Shown: positions 1-12,896 of the stretch, one piece after another
Layout: the number at the start of each line of letters is the position of its first letter
Position numbering within the stretch: position 1 is the stretch's first letter
DNA from: Obrimoposthia wandeli
Lineage: Eukaryota
DNA: 64,000 nucleotides
Direction of reading: 5' to 3'
NCBI GenBank assembly: GCA_977020255.1
Contig: CDROCS010006357.1
Coordinates: forward strand, 1 to 64,000
The notes under the pieces: generated by a model
Told to the model about the DNA's origin: nothing
Databases searched by the model: none
The model's input: only the letters and a program-made list of their open reading frames with translations
Made by a program: the position numbers and the translations under genes

Positions 1-15
1 CTGGCAAACAAGGGA

Positions 16-51
<36 letters not shown>

Positions 52-57
52 TTCACA

Positions 58-89
<32 letters not shown>

Positions 90-145
90 CTCAGAGTCTT
101 CGAAGGCACTAAGCTATCTCTAGCGAATTCTCTGGATGTCAAGAG

Positions 146-184
<39 letters not shown>

Positions 185-309
185 ACTCCACCGCTTGTGC
201 GGGTCCCCGTCAATTTCTTTGAGTTTTAGTCTTGCGACCGTACTCCCCAGGCGGTGCGCTTAACGCGTTAGCTCCGAAAGCCACGGCTCGGCCACAACCT
301 TCAAGTAGA

Positions 310-357
<48 letters not shown>

Positions 358-783
358 ACGCTTTCGCATCTGAGCGTCAGTCTCTTTGTCCAGGGGGCTG
401 CCTTTCGCCACCAGATTCCTTCAGATCTCTACGCATTTCACCGCTACACCTGAAATTCTACCCTCTACAAGACTCTAGTCTGCCAGTTCAAAATGCGGTT
501 CCGAGGTTGAGCCCTGGGCTTTCACATCTTGCTGCACAGACCGCCTGCATGCGCTTTTTACGCCCAGTACTCCGATTAACGCTCGCACCCTCCGTATTAC
601 CGCGGCCGCTGGCACTGAGTTAGCTTATGCTTCTTCTGTCGCTAACGTCAGCGCAGCTATTAACTACACACCCTTCTCACGACTGAAAGTACTTCACAAC
701 CCGAAGGCCTTCTTCATACACGCGGCATGCGGCTGCATCAGGGTTTCCATTGTGCAATATTCCCACTGCTGCCTCCCGTAGGA

Positions 784-836
<53 letters not shown>

Positions 837-1119
837 GATCGTTGCCTTGGGGAGCCTTTACCTCACCAACTAGCTAATCCCACCTGGGCTATCTTAGCGC
901 GAGAGGCCCGGAAGGTCTCTTTGGTCCGAAGACGTTATGCGGTATTAGTTATCGTTTCCAATAGTTATCCCCCTACACTAGCGCATATTCCCAGGCATTA
1001 CTCACCCGTCTGCCGTTGTCAGCAAAGAAAGCAAGCTTCTCTTTTCTGTTACCGCTCGACTTGCATGTGTTAGGCCTGCCGCCAGCGTTCAATCTGAGCC
1101 ATGATCAAACTCTTCAATT
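1..1119 (-). rRNA. rrs: 16S rRNA, partial (3' part beyond window), error-rich copy
   Basis: Reverse complement of conserved 16S motifs; 5' end AATTGAAGAGTTTGATCATGGCTCAG near 1119; many indels relative to the other copies. Confidence 0.97.
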
Positions 1120-1364
1120 AAAGTTCTGTTGATTCTTTCGAATCGGCCTGACGATTTTTACTGATATTCTTGTTTCATCTTCTTACGAAGAATGAAGCAC
1201 AATTGACTGTGTCATCTTGCATGATTAAGTGTCACTCAGTTCATTGATAAATCTTTCAATTTAAAATTTCATTGAAGTGCCCACACAGATTGCATGGTCA
1301 AATTGTTAAAGAACGTTGACTTTCAATGCCTTGGCGTTAAACGCTTCAGCAAGTCAGGCTGCGT

Positions 1365-1392
1365 ATAATACGCTTTTCTGATATTCAGTCGT
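1365..1392 (-). promoter_or_regulatory. rrn internal promoter (-10 TATTAT; -35 reads ACGACT here versus TTGACT in sister copies)
   Basis: Same junction sequence as 6840-6867 and 12326-12353; boxA GTTCTTTAACAA at 1303-1314. Confidence 0.6.
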
Positions 1393-1475
1393 ATATTAAA
1401 CTTTCATCTTTTAATCAACTGATTAAAAATAAAAACCTTCTGTTGACGCCGCTCACATTGCAATCAATTGAGCGG

Positions 1476-1502
1476 AATAAAGCTCGTTGTTGCCAACGGG
1501 CT
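1476..1502 (-). terminator. Rho-independent terminator after 5S
   Basis: AGCCCGTTG-gcaa-CAACG(A)GCT hairpin followed by T-rich tract on the minus strand. Confidence 0.75.
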
Positions 1503-1513
1503 CTCAAATTGGG

Positions 1514-1631
1514 CGTCTGGCGATGCCCTACTCTCACATGGGGAGACCCCACATACCATCGGCGCAACTGCGTTTCACTTCTGAGTTCCGGTATGGATCA
1601 GGTGGAGCCACAGCGCTATGGTCGCCAGACA
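1514..1631 (-). rRNA. rrf: 5S rRNA
   Basis: TGTCTGGCGACCATAGCG...GAAGTGAAAC...CATCGCCAG on the minus strand. Confidence 0.95.
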
Positions 1632-1819
1632 AATTCTTTTATTGTCAGCAATGCTAACAATAGCAATCTTGGAAAATCTAACTAGTCTATCTTTCGATAA
1701 CAAACAATGGTTCTCAAACACCATTCAAGTGTTCGTGGAGTCCGTGACCTACAAGGATGTAGGAAATACTGATAATCGTCTGGAACGATTTCAGTACAAA
1801 AACCCCTTGGGTGTTGTAT

Positions 1820-2186
1820 GGTTAAGCCTCACGGGCAATTAGTACAGGTTAGCTCAATGCCTCGCAGCACTTACACACCCTGCCTATCAACGTCGTAGTC
1901 TTCAACAACCCTTAGATACTTATAGTATCAGGGATGACTCATCTCAGGGCTCGTTTTCCCCGCTTAGAGCTTTCAGCGGTTATCGATTCCGAACTTAGCT
2001 ACTGGGCAATGCTACTGGCGTAACAACCCGAACACCAGAGTTCGTCCACTCCGTCCTCTCGTACTAGGAGCAGCCCCCTTCAATCATCCAACGCCCACAC
2101 AGATAGGGACCGAATCTCACGACGTTCTAAAACTCCAGCTCGCGTACCACTTTAAATGGCGAACAGCCATACCTCCTTGGGACTGA

Positions 2187-2229
<43 letters not shown>

Positions 2230-2730
2230 ACCGCCGTCGATATGAACTCTTGGGCGGTATCAGCCTGTTATCCCCGAGAGTACCTTTATCTGTTGATGAT
2301 GGCCCCTTCCATTCAGAACCACCGATCACTATGACCTTGCTTTCGCACCTGCTCGAATTATTGGCTCTCGCAGTCAAGCGCTTAGTATGCCATTGCACTA
2401 ACCTCATGATGTCCGACCGTGATTAGCCCACCCGTGCTCCTCCGTTACTCTTTGGAGGAGGACTGCCCAGTCAAACTAACACCAGGCACTGTCCGCAACC
2501 CCGATAAGGGGCCAACGTTAGAACATCAAGCACAAGGGTGGTATTTCAAGGACGACTCCATACGAACTAGCGCCCGTATTTCATAGTCTCCCACCTATCC
2601 TACATGTAGGGTCAATGTTCAGTGCCAGTTGTATAAAGGTTCACGGGGTCTTTCCGTCTAGCTTTCGCGGGTACACAGCATCTTCACTGCGATTTTAATT
2701 TCACTGAGTCTCGGGTGGCATAGCGTGGCC

Positions 2731-2764
<34 letters not shown>

Positions 2765-2786
2765 TGACAAGGACGCTACCTGAAAT

Positions 2787-2819
<33 letters not shown>

Positions 2820-4714
2820 TCGATCAAGAGCTTCGACCTTGCGTCTAACCCCATCAATTAACCTTCCGGCACCGGGCAGGCGTCAGCACCGTATACGTCA
2901 TCTTTCGATTTTGCACAGTGCTGTGGCTTTAATAAACAGTTGCAGCCACCTGGTATCTGCGACTCCCCTAACAGCTTAGAGAGCAAGTCTCATCACCGTC
3001 AGAGCGTACCTTCTCCTGAAGTTACGGTACCATTTTGCCTAGTTCCTTCACCCGAGTTCTCTCAAGCGCCTTGGTATCTTCACTTGATCACCTGTGTCAG
3101 TTTGAGTACGGATTACTTATAACCTATGCTTAGAGGCTTTTCCCAAGCATGGCATCAATGGCTTCATCACCGTAGTGACTCGACATCAGGTCTCAGCCTT
3201 CTACTTAAAGAGATATTCCCGGATTTGCCTAAGAATACAGCCTACGCCTTTGAACTTGACAACCGTCGCCAAGCCTGTTCAGCCTTCTCCGTCCCCCCAT
3301 CGCAGTTATAAGCAGCACGGGAATATTAACCTGCTTTCCATCGTCTACGCCCTTCGGCCTCGACTTAGGGGTCGACTTACCCTGCCCCGATTAACGTTGG
3401 ACAGGAACCCTTGATATCTTTCCGGCGAGGGAGTTTTTCACTCCCTTTATCGTTACCCGTCAGCATTCGCACTTCTGATACCTCCAGCCAACCTTACGAT
3501 TGACCTTCAACGGCTTACAGAACGCTCCCTACCCAATATAACAAGTTATATTGCCGCAGCTTCGGTGTGTAGCTTAGCCCCGTTAAATCTTCCGCGCAGA
3601 CCGACTCGACTAGTGAGCTATTACGCACTCTTTAAATGAATGGCTGCTTCTAAGCCAACATCCTAGTTGTCTGTGCAATCCCACATCCTTTCCCACTTAA
3701 TCTATATTTTGGGACCTTAGCTGATGGTCTGGGCTGTTTCCCTCTTCACGACGGACGTTAGCACCCGCCGTGTGTCTCCCGGATAGTACTTACTGGTATT
3801 CGGAGTTTGCAAAGGGTTGGTAAGTCGGGGATGACCCCTAGCCTTTAACAGTGCTCTACCCCCAGTAGTATTCGTCCGAGGCGCTACCTAAATAGCTTTC
3901 GGGGAGAACCAGCTTATCTCCAGAGGTTTGATTGGCCTTTTCACCCCTAGCCACAAGTCATCCGCTAATTTTTCTCAACATTAGTCGGTTCGGTCCTCCA
4001 GTAAGTGCTGTTACTCTCACCTTCAACCTGCCCATGGCTAGATCACTGGTTTCGGGTCTAATCCTAGCAACTGTACGCCCAGTTAAGACTCGGTTTCCCT
4101 ACGGCTCCCCTAAACGGTTAACCTTGCTACTAAAATTAAGTCGCTGACCCATTACAAAAGGGTACGCAGTCACCCAACAAGTGGGCTCCCTACTGCTTGT
4201 ACGTACACGGTTTCAGGTTCTATTTCACTCCCCTCACAGGGGTTCTTTTCGCCTTTCCCTCACGGTACTGGTTCACTATCGGTCAGTCAGGAGTATTTAG
4301 CCTTGGAGGATGGTCCCCCCATGTTCAAACAGGATATCACGTGTCCCGTCCTACTCGATTTCACAGTAAAAGCGTTGTCGGTTACGGGGCTATCACCCTG
4401 TATCGCTGTACTTTCCAGTACCTTCACCTAACGCTAATGCTGCTTAAGGGCTAATCCGGGTTCGCTCGCCGCTACTGCCGGAATCTCAATTGATTTCTCT
4501 TCCTCGGGGTACTTAGATGTTTCAGTTCCCCCGGTTCGCCTCGTTACGCTATGTATTCACGTAACGATACGTGCTTATGCACGTGGGTTTCCCCATTCGG
4601 AAATCGTAGACTCAAGTGGCTTTTACTGCCTAATCTACGCTTATCGCAAGTTAATACGTCCTTCATCGCCTCTGACTGCCAAGGCATCCACCGTGTACGC
4701 TTAGTCACTTAACC
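1820..4714 (-). rRNA. rrl: 23S rRNA
   Basis: Starts GGTTAAGTGACTAAGCG and ends GTGAGGCTTAACC; conserved 23S motifs throughout; noisy copy. Confidence 0.97.
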
Positions 4715-5047
4715 ATACAACCCCAAGAGGTTTCGTATGGCAACAACCAAGGTTTCTCTCTAAAAAGAGAGGTTTGTTTTCGCCGGACTCTTACACAAGA
4801 CACTTGAATGTGTGTTTGTTTTGAGAACTCGTTTTTATCATTCGATAAAAACATTTGTAATTGAATCCGTAGATTCAATTTACTAGTCAGCTTTCCAGAT
4901 TGTTAAAGAACATAACGCAAAAAGCGTTAATCAATAATAACTTTAACGACGTTTGCATTCAGGACTTAGCGCTCACCCTTCGCTATTTCTTTACATTTCG
5001 ACCAAGCAATCTGTGTGGACACTGCATCAAACAACCAAATCTTTAGG

Positions 5048-5168
5048 TAAGGAGGTGATCCAGCCCCAGGTTCCCCTAGGGCTACCTTGTTACGACTTCA
5101 CCCCAGTCATGAACCACACCGTGGTAAACGCCCTCCCGAAGGTTAAGCTATCTACTTCTGGTGCAGCC

Positions 5169-5222
<54 letters not shown>

Positions 5223-5474
5223 GACATTCTGATTCACGATTACTAGCGATTCCGACTTCACGGAGTCGAGTTGCAGACTCCGATCCGGACTACGACGTAC
5301 TTTGTGGGATTCGCTCTCTATGGGTGGTTGGCAGCCCTCTGTATACGCCATTGTAGCACGTGTGTAGCCCTACTCGTAAGGGCCATGATGACTTGACGTC
5401 GTCCCCCACCTTCCTCCGGTTTATCATCGGCAGTCTCCCTGGAGTTCCCACCATTACGTGCTGGCAAACAAGGA

Positions 5475-5510
<36 letters not shown>

Positions 5511-5603
5511 TTCTAACACGAGCTGACGACAGCCATGCAGCACCGGTCTCAGAGTTCCCGAAGGCACTAAGCTATCTCTAGCGAATTCTCTGGATGTCAA
5601 GAG

Positions 5604-5674
<71 letters not shown>

Positions 5675-5768
5675 ATTTGAGTTTTAATGTTGCGACCGTA
5701 CTCCCAGGCGGTCTACTTAACGCGTTAGCTCCGAAAGCCACGGCTCAAGGCCACAACCTTCAAGTAGA

Positions 5769-5828
<60 letters not shown>

Positions 5829-6051
5829 TCTGAGCGTCAGTCTTTGTCCAGGGGGCCGCCTTCGCCACCCCAGACATTCCTTCAGATCTCTACGCATTTC
5901 ACCGCTACACCTGAAATTCTACCCCCTCTACAAAGACTCTAGTCTGCCAGTTCAAAATGCGGTTCCGAGGTTGAGCCCCGGGCTTTCACATCTTGCTTAA
6001 CAGACCGCCTGCATGCGCTTTACGCCCAGTAATTCCTGATTAACGCTCGCT

Positions 6052-6091
<40 letters not shown>

Positions 6092-6220
6092 AGCTTCCTC
6101 TGTCGCTAACGTCAAGGTATGCAGCTAACTACACACCCTTCCTCACGACTGAAAGTACTTTACAACCCGAAGGCCTTCTTCATACACGCGGCATGGCTGC
6201 ATCAGGGTTTCCCCATTGTG

Positions 6221-6255
<35 letters not shown>

Positions 6256-6591
6256 ACCGTGTCTCAGTTCCAGTGTTGCTGATCATCCTCTAAAACCAGC
6301 TATAGATCGTAGCCTTGGTGAGCAGTTACCTCACCAACTAGCTAATCCCACCTGGGCTTAATCTTAGCGCGAGAGGCCCGAAGGTCCCCCTCTTTGGTCC
6401 GAAGACGTTATGCGGTATTAGCTATCGTTTCCAATAGTTATCCCCCACACTAAGGCATATTCCCAGGCATTACCTCACCCGTCCGCCGCTCGTCAGCAAA
6501 GAAAGCAAGCTTTCTTTCTGTTACCGCTCGACTTGCATGTGTTAGGCCTGCCGCCAGCGTTCAATCTGAGCCATGATCAAACTCTTCAATT
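5048..6591 (-). rRNA. rrs: 16S rRNA
   Basis: Full length, from AATTGAAGAGTTTGATC to the anti-SD ACCTCCTTA. Confidence 0.98.
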
Positions 6592-6839
6592 AAAGTTCTG
6601 TTGATTCTTTCGAATCGGCTCAATGATTTTTACTGATATTCTTGTTTCATCTTCTTACGAAGAATGAAGCATAAATTGACTTTATTGTAAATCTTGCGAT
6701 GATTAAGGTCACTCAGTTCATTGATAAATCTTTCAACTTAAAATTTCACGAGTGCCCACACAGATTGCATGGTCAAATTGTTAAAGAACGTTGACTTTCA
6801 ATGCCTTGGCGTTAAACGCTTCAGCAAGTCAGGCTGCGT

Positions 6840-6867
6840 ATAATACGCTTTTCTGATATTCAGTCAA
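6840..6867 (-). promoter_or_regulatory. rrn internal sigma70 promoter TTGACT-N16-TATTAT with GC-rich discriminator
   Basis: Typical rrn 16-bp spacer; boxA GTTCTTTAACAA at 6778-6789. Confidence 0.8.
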
Positions 6868-6950
6868 GACAAAATTTTCATCTTTTTAATCAACTGATTA
6901 AAAAATAAAAACCTTCTGTTGACGCCGCTCACATTGCAATCAATTGGAGC

Positions 6951-6980
6951 GAAATAAAAGCCCGTTGTTGCCAACGGGCT
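6951..6980 (-). terminator. Rho-independent terminator after 5S
   Basis: AGCCCGTTG-gcaa-CAACGGGCT followed by TTTTATTT. Confidence 0.85.
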
Positions 6981-6991
6981 CTCAAATTAGG

Positions 6992-7107
6992 CGCCTGGCG
7001 ATGCCCTACTCACATGGGAGACCCCACACTACCATCGGCGCAACTGCGTTTCACTTCTGAGTTCGGCATGGGATCAGGTGGAGCCACAGCGCTATGGTCG
7101 CCAGACA
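6992..7107 (-). rRNA. rrf: 5S rRNA
   Basis: 5S motifs as in the first copy. Confidence 0.95.
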
Positions 7108-7246
7108 AATTCTTTTATTGTCAGCAATGCTAACAATAGCAATCTTGGAAATCTAACTAGTTTATCTTTCGATAACAAACAATCTGTTCTCAAAAACACC
7201 ATTCAAGTGTTCGTGGAGTCCGTAAAAAACCCCTTGGGTGTTGTAT

Positions 7247-7381
7247 GGTTAAGCCTCACGGGCAATTAGTACAGGTTAGCTCAATGCCTCGCAGCACTTA
7301 CACACCCCTGCCTATCAACGTCGTAGTCTTCAACAACCCTTTAGGATACTTATAGTATCAGGGATGATCATCTCAGGGCTC

Positions 7382-7412
<31 letters not shown>

Positions 7413-7579
7413 GATTCCGAACTTAGCTACCGGGCAATGCTACTGGCGTAACAACCCGAACACCAGAGGTTCGTCCACTCCGGTCCTCTCGTACTAGAGC
7501 AGCCCCTTCAATCATCCAACGCCCACGGCAGATAGGGACCGAACTGTCTCACGACGTTCTAAACCCAGCTCGCGTACCA

Positions 7580-7612
<33 letters not shown>

Positions 7613-7626
7613 GACTTCAGCCCCAG

Positions 7627-7658
<32 letters not shown>

Positions 7659-7713
7659 ACCGCCGTCGATATGAACTCTTGGGCGGTATCAGCCTGTTAT
7701 CCCCGGAGTACCT

Positions 7714-7744
<31 letters not shown>

Positions 7745-7866
7745 AGAACCACCGGATCACTATGACCTGCTTTCGCACCTGCTCGAATTGTCATTCTCGC
7801 AGTCAAGCGGGGCTTATGCCATTGCACTAACCTCACGATGTCCGACCGTGATTAGCCCACCTTCGT

Positions 7867-7909
<43 letters not shown>

Positions 7910-8166
7910 ACCCACCAGGCACTGTCCGCAACCCCGATAAGGGGCCAACGTTAGAACATCAAGCATACAAGGGTGGTATTTCAAGGACGACTCCATACGA
8001 ACTAGCGCCCGTATTTCATAGTCTCCCACCTATCCTACACATGTAGGGTCAATGTTCAGTGCCAAGCTGTAGTAAAGGTTCACGGGGTCTTTCCTCCAGC
8101 CGCGGGTACCCCGCATCTTCACTGCGATTTCAATTTCACTGAGTCTCGGGTGGAGACAGCGTGGCC

Positions 8167-8264
<98 letters not shown>

Positions 8265-9077
8265 CAAGAGCTTCGACTTGCGTCTAACCCCATCAATTAA
8301 CCTTCCGGCACCGGGCAGGCGTCACACCGTATACGTCATCTTTCGATTTTGCACAGTGCTGTGTTTTTAATAAACAGTTGCAGCCACCTGGTATCTGCGA
8401 CTCCCAACAGCTTAGAGAGCAAGTCTCATCACCGTCAGGAGCGTACCTTCTCCCGAAGTTACGGTACCATTTTGCCTAGTTCCTTCACCCGAGTTCTCTC
8501 AAGCGCCTTGGTATTCTCTACCTGATCACCTGTGTCGGTTTGGAGTACGATTACTTATAACCTATCGCTTAGAGGCTTTTCCCGGAAGCATGGCATCAAT
8601 GGCTTCATCACCGTAGTGACTCGACATCAGGTCTCAGCCTTCTCTACTTAAAGAGGTATTCCCGGATTTGCCTAAGAATACAGCCTACGCCTTTGAACTT
8701 GGACAACCGTCGCCAAGCCCACCTAGCCTTCTCCGTCCCCCCATCGCAGTTATAAGCAGTACGGGAATATTAACCCGTTTCCCATCGACTACGCCTTTCG
8801 GCCTCGCCTTAGGGGTCGACTAACCCTGCCCTGATTAGCATTGGACAGGAACCCTTAGTCTTCCGGCGGGGAAGTTTTTCACTCCCCTTATCGTTACTCA
8901 TGTCAGCATTCGCACTTCTGATACCTCCAGCCAACCTTTTACGATTGACCTTCAACGGCTTTACAGAACGCTCCCCTACCCAATATAACAAGTTATATTG
9001 CCGCAGCTTCGGTGTATTGCTTAGCCCCGTTAAATCTTCCGCGCAGGCCGACTCGACTAGTGAGCTATTACGCTTTC

Positions 9078-9109
<32 letters not shown>

Positions 9110-9156
9110 TAGCTGTCTAAGCCTTTCCACATCGTTTCCTCATTAGCTATAACTTT

Positions 9157-9189
<33 letters not shown>

Positions 9190-10144
9190 CTTCACGACGG
9201 ACGTTAGCACCCGCCGTGTGTCTCCCGGATAGTACTTAATGGTATTCGGAGTTTGCAAAGGGTTGGTAAGTCGGATGACCCCTAGCCTTTAACAGTGCTC
9301 TACCCCAGTAGTATTCGTCCGAGGCGCTACCTAAATAGCTTTCGGGGAGAACCAGCTATCTCCAAGTTTGATTGGCCTTTCACCCCTAGCCACAAGTCAT
9401 CCGCTAATTTTTCAACATTAGTCGGTTCGGTCCTCCAGTAAGTGTTACCTCACCTTCAACCTGCCCATGGCTAGATCACTTGGTTTCGGGTCTAATCCTA
9501 GCAACTGTACGCCCAGTTAAGACTCTTTCCCTACGGCTCCCTCTAAACGGTTAACCTTGCTACTAAAATTAAGTCGCTGACCCATTATACAAAGGTACGC
9601 AGTCACCCAACAAGTGGGCTCCTACTGCTTGTACGTACACGGTTTCAGGTTCTATTTCACTCCCTCACAGGGGTTCTTTTCGCCTTTCCTCACGGTACTG
9701 GTTCACTATCGGTCAGTCAGGAGCATTAGCCTTGGAGGATGGTCCCCCATGTTCAAACAGGATATCACGTGTCCCGTCCTACTCGATTTCACAGTAAAGC
9801 GTTGGCCAATCGGTTACGGGGCCATCACCCTGTATCGCTGTACTTTCCAGTACCTTCACCTAACGCCAATGCTGCTAAGGCTAATCCGGGTTCGCTCGCC
9901 GCTACTGCCGGAATCTCAATTGATTTCTCTTCCTCGGGGTACTTAGATGTTTCAGTTCCCCCGGTTCGCCTCGTTACGCTATGTATTCACGTAACGATAC
10001 GTGCTTATGCACGTGGGTTTCCCCATTCGGAAATCGTAGACTCAAGTGGCTTTTACTGCCTAATCTACGCTTATCGCAAGTTAATACGTCCTTCATCGCC
10101 TCTGACTGCCAAGGCATCCACCGTGTACGCTTAGTCACTTAACC
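7247..10144 (-). rRNA. rrl: 23S rRNA
   Basis: Full-length 23S with conserved ends. Confidence 0.98.
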
Positions 10145-10421
10145 ATACAACCCCAAGAGGTTTCGTATGGCAACAACCAAGGTTTCTCTCTAAAAAGAGA
10201 GGTTTGTTTTCGCCGGACTCTTACACAAGACACTTGAATGTGTGTTTGTTTTGAGAACTCGTTTTTATCATTCGATAAAAACATTTGTAATTGAATCCGT
10301 AGATTCAATTTACTAGTCAGCTTTCCAGATTGTTAAAGAGCATAATGACTTTCAGCGACAGGAATTTGCACCAATAACGTAAACTATTGAATCAAGATGT
10401 CGTAACTGACGTTAAGGGGTT

Positions 10422-10443
10422 CTCCCAACTGAGCTAATCGCCC
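10422..10443 (-). pseudogene. tRNA-Val(UAC)-like 5' fragment in the ITS (probable consensus artefact)
   Basis: GGGCGATTAGCTCAGTTGGGAG matches the acceptor 5' strand plus D arm; the rest of the cloverleaf is absent. Confidence 0.5.
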
Positions 10444-10531
10444 ACGATAGTTTCCAGCGCTTTTCGCTATTTCTTTACATTTACGACCAAGCAATCTGTG
10501 TGGACACTGCATCAAACAATAAATCTTTAGG

Positions 10532-10654
10532 TAAGGAGGTGATCCAGCCCCAGGTTCCCCTAGGGCTACCTTGTTACGACTTCACCCCCAGTCATGAACC
10601 ACACCGTGGTAAACGCCCTCCCGAAGGTTAAGCTATCTACTTTCTGGTGCAGCC

Positions 10655-10690
<36 letters not shown>

Positions 10691-10866
10691 TGGGAACGTA
10701 TTCACCGTGACGTTCTGATTCACGATTACTAGCGATTCCGACTTCACGGAGTCGAGTTGCAGACTCCGATCCGGACTACGACAAGCTTTCTGGGATTCGC
10801 TTACCATCGCTGGTTTGCAGCCCTCTGTACTTGCCATTGTAGCACGTGTGTAGCCCTACTCGTAAG

Positions 10867-10908
<42 letters not shown>

Positions 10909-10961
10909 TCACCGGCATAGTCTCCCTGGAGTTCCCACCATTACGTGCTGGCAAACAAGGA

Positions 10962-10997
<36 letters not shown>

Positions 10998-11003
10998 TTC
11001 ACA

Positions 11004-11035
<32 letters not shown>

Positions 11036-11091
11036 CTCAGAGTTCCCGAAGGCACTAAGCTATCTCTAGCGAATTCTCTGGATGTCAAGAG

Positions 11092-11162
<71 letters not shown>

Positions 11163-11279
11163 ATTTGAGTTTTAATCTTGCGACCGTACTCCCCAGGCGG
11201 TCTCGCATTCTAACGCGTTAGCTCCGAAAGCCACGGCTCAAGGCCACAACCTTCAAGTAGACATCGTTTACGGCGTGGT

Positions 11280-11321
<42 letters not shown>

Positions 11322-11537
11322 TCTGAGCGTCAGTCTTTGTCCAGGGGGCCGCCTTCGCCACCGGTATTCCTTCAGATCTCTACGCATTTCACCGCTACAC
11401 CTGAAATTCTACCCCCCTCTACAAGACTCTAGTCTGCCAGTTCAAAATGCGGTTCCGAGGTTGAGCCCCGGGCTTTCACATCTTGCTTAACAGACCGCCT
11501 GCATGCGCTTTACGCCCAGTAAATCCGGGTAACGCTC

Positions 11538-11585
<48 letters not shown>

Positions 11586-11800
11586 CTTCTGTCGCTAACG
11601 TCAAGGCATGCAGCTATTAACTACACACCCTTCCTCACGACTGAAAGTACTTTACAACCCGAAGGCCTTCTTCATACACGCGGCATGGCTGCATCAGGGT
11701 TTCCCCATTGTGCAATATTCCCCACTGCTGCCTCCTCTGTAGGAGTCTGACCGTGTCTCAGTTCCAGTGTTGCTGATCTTCCTCTCAGAACAGCTACCCG

Positions 11801-11841
<41 letters not shown>

Positions 11842-12082
11842 CCACCTGGGCTAATCTTAGCGAGAGGCCCGAAGGTCCCCCTCTTTGGTCCGAAGACGTT
11901 ATGCGGTATTAGCTATCGTTTCCAATAGTTATCCCCCACACTAAGGCATATTCCCAGGCATTACTCACCCGTCCGCCGCTTCGTCAGCAAAGAAAGCAAG
12001 CTTTCTTTCTGTTACCGCTCGACTTGCATGTGTTAGGCCTGCCGCCAGCGTTCATTCTGAGCCAGAATCAAACTCTTCAATT
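10532..12082 (-). rRNA. rrs: 16S rRNA
   Basis: Full length; several variant patches relative to sister copies. Confidence 0.97.
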
Positions 12083-12325
12083 AAAGTTCTGTTGGCTTTC
12101 GAATCGGCTCAATGATTTTTACTGATATTCTTGTTTCATCTTCTTACGAAGAAATGAAGCATAAATTGACTGTGTCATCTTGCGATGATTAAGGTCACTC
12201 AGTTCATTGATAAATCTTTCGACTTAAAATTTCACGAGTGCCCACACAGATTGCATGGTCAAATTGTTAAAGAACGTTGACTTTCAATGCCTTGGCGTTA
12301 AACGCTTCAGCAAGTCAGGCTGCGT

Positions 12326-12353
12326 ATAATACGCTTTTCTGATATTCAGTCAA
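12326..12353 (-). promoter_or_regulatory. rrn internal sigma70 promoter TTGACT-N16-TATTAT
   Basis: Identical to 6840-6867; boxA at 12264-12275. Confidence 0.8.
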
Positions 12354-12436
12354 GACAAAACTTTCATCTTTTAATCAACTGATTAAAAAATAAAAACCTT
12401 TCTGTTGACGCCGCTCACATTGCAATCAATTGGAGC

Positions 12437-12465
12437 GAAATAAAGCCCGTTGTTGCCAACGGGCT
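12437..12465 (-). terminator. Rho-independent terminator after 5S
   Basis: AGCCCGTTG-gcaa-CAACGGGCT followed by TTATTT. Confidence 0.85.
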
Positions 12466-12475
12466 CTCAAATGGG

Positions 12476-12592
12476 CGCCTGGCGTGCCCTACTCTCACAT
12501 GGGGAGACCCACACTACCATCGGCGCAACTGCGTTTCACTTCTGAGTTCGGCATGGGATCAGGTGGAGCCACAGCGCTATGGTCGCCAGACA
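12476..12592 (-). rRNA. rrf: 5S rRNA
   Basis: 5S motifs as in the other copies. Confidence 0.95.
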
Positions 12593-12730
12593 AATTCTTT
12601 TATTGTCAGCAATGCTAACAATAGCAATCTTGGAAAATCTAACTAGTCTATCTTTCGATAACAAACAATGCGTTCTCAAACACCATTCAAGTGTTCGTGG
12701 AGTCCGTAAAAAACCCCTTGGGTGTTGTAT

Positions 12731-12865
12731 GGTTAAGCCTCACGGGCAATTAGTACAGGTTAGCTCAATGCCTCGCAGCACTTACACACCCTGCCTATCA
12801 ACGTCGTAGTCTTCAACAACCCTTTAGGATACTTATAGTATCAGGGATGACTCATCTCAGGGCTC

Positions 12866-12896
<31 letters not shown>

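Noticed and set aside
1387-1400. Altered -35 (ACGACT) of the leftmost internal rrn promoter as a silenced operon
   Set aside because: This is the most error-rich part of the window; more likely a sequencing or consensus error
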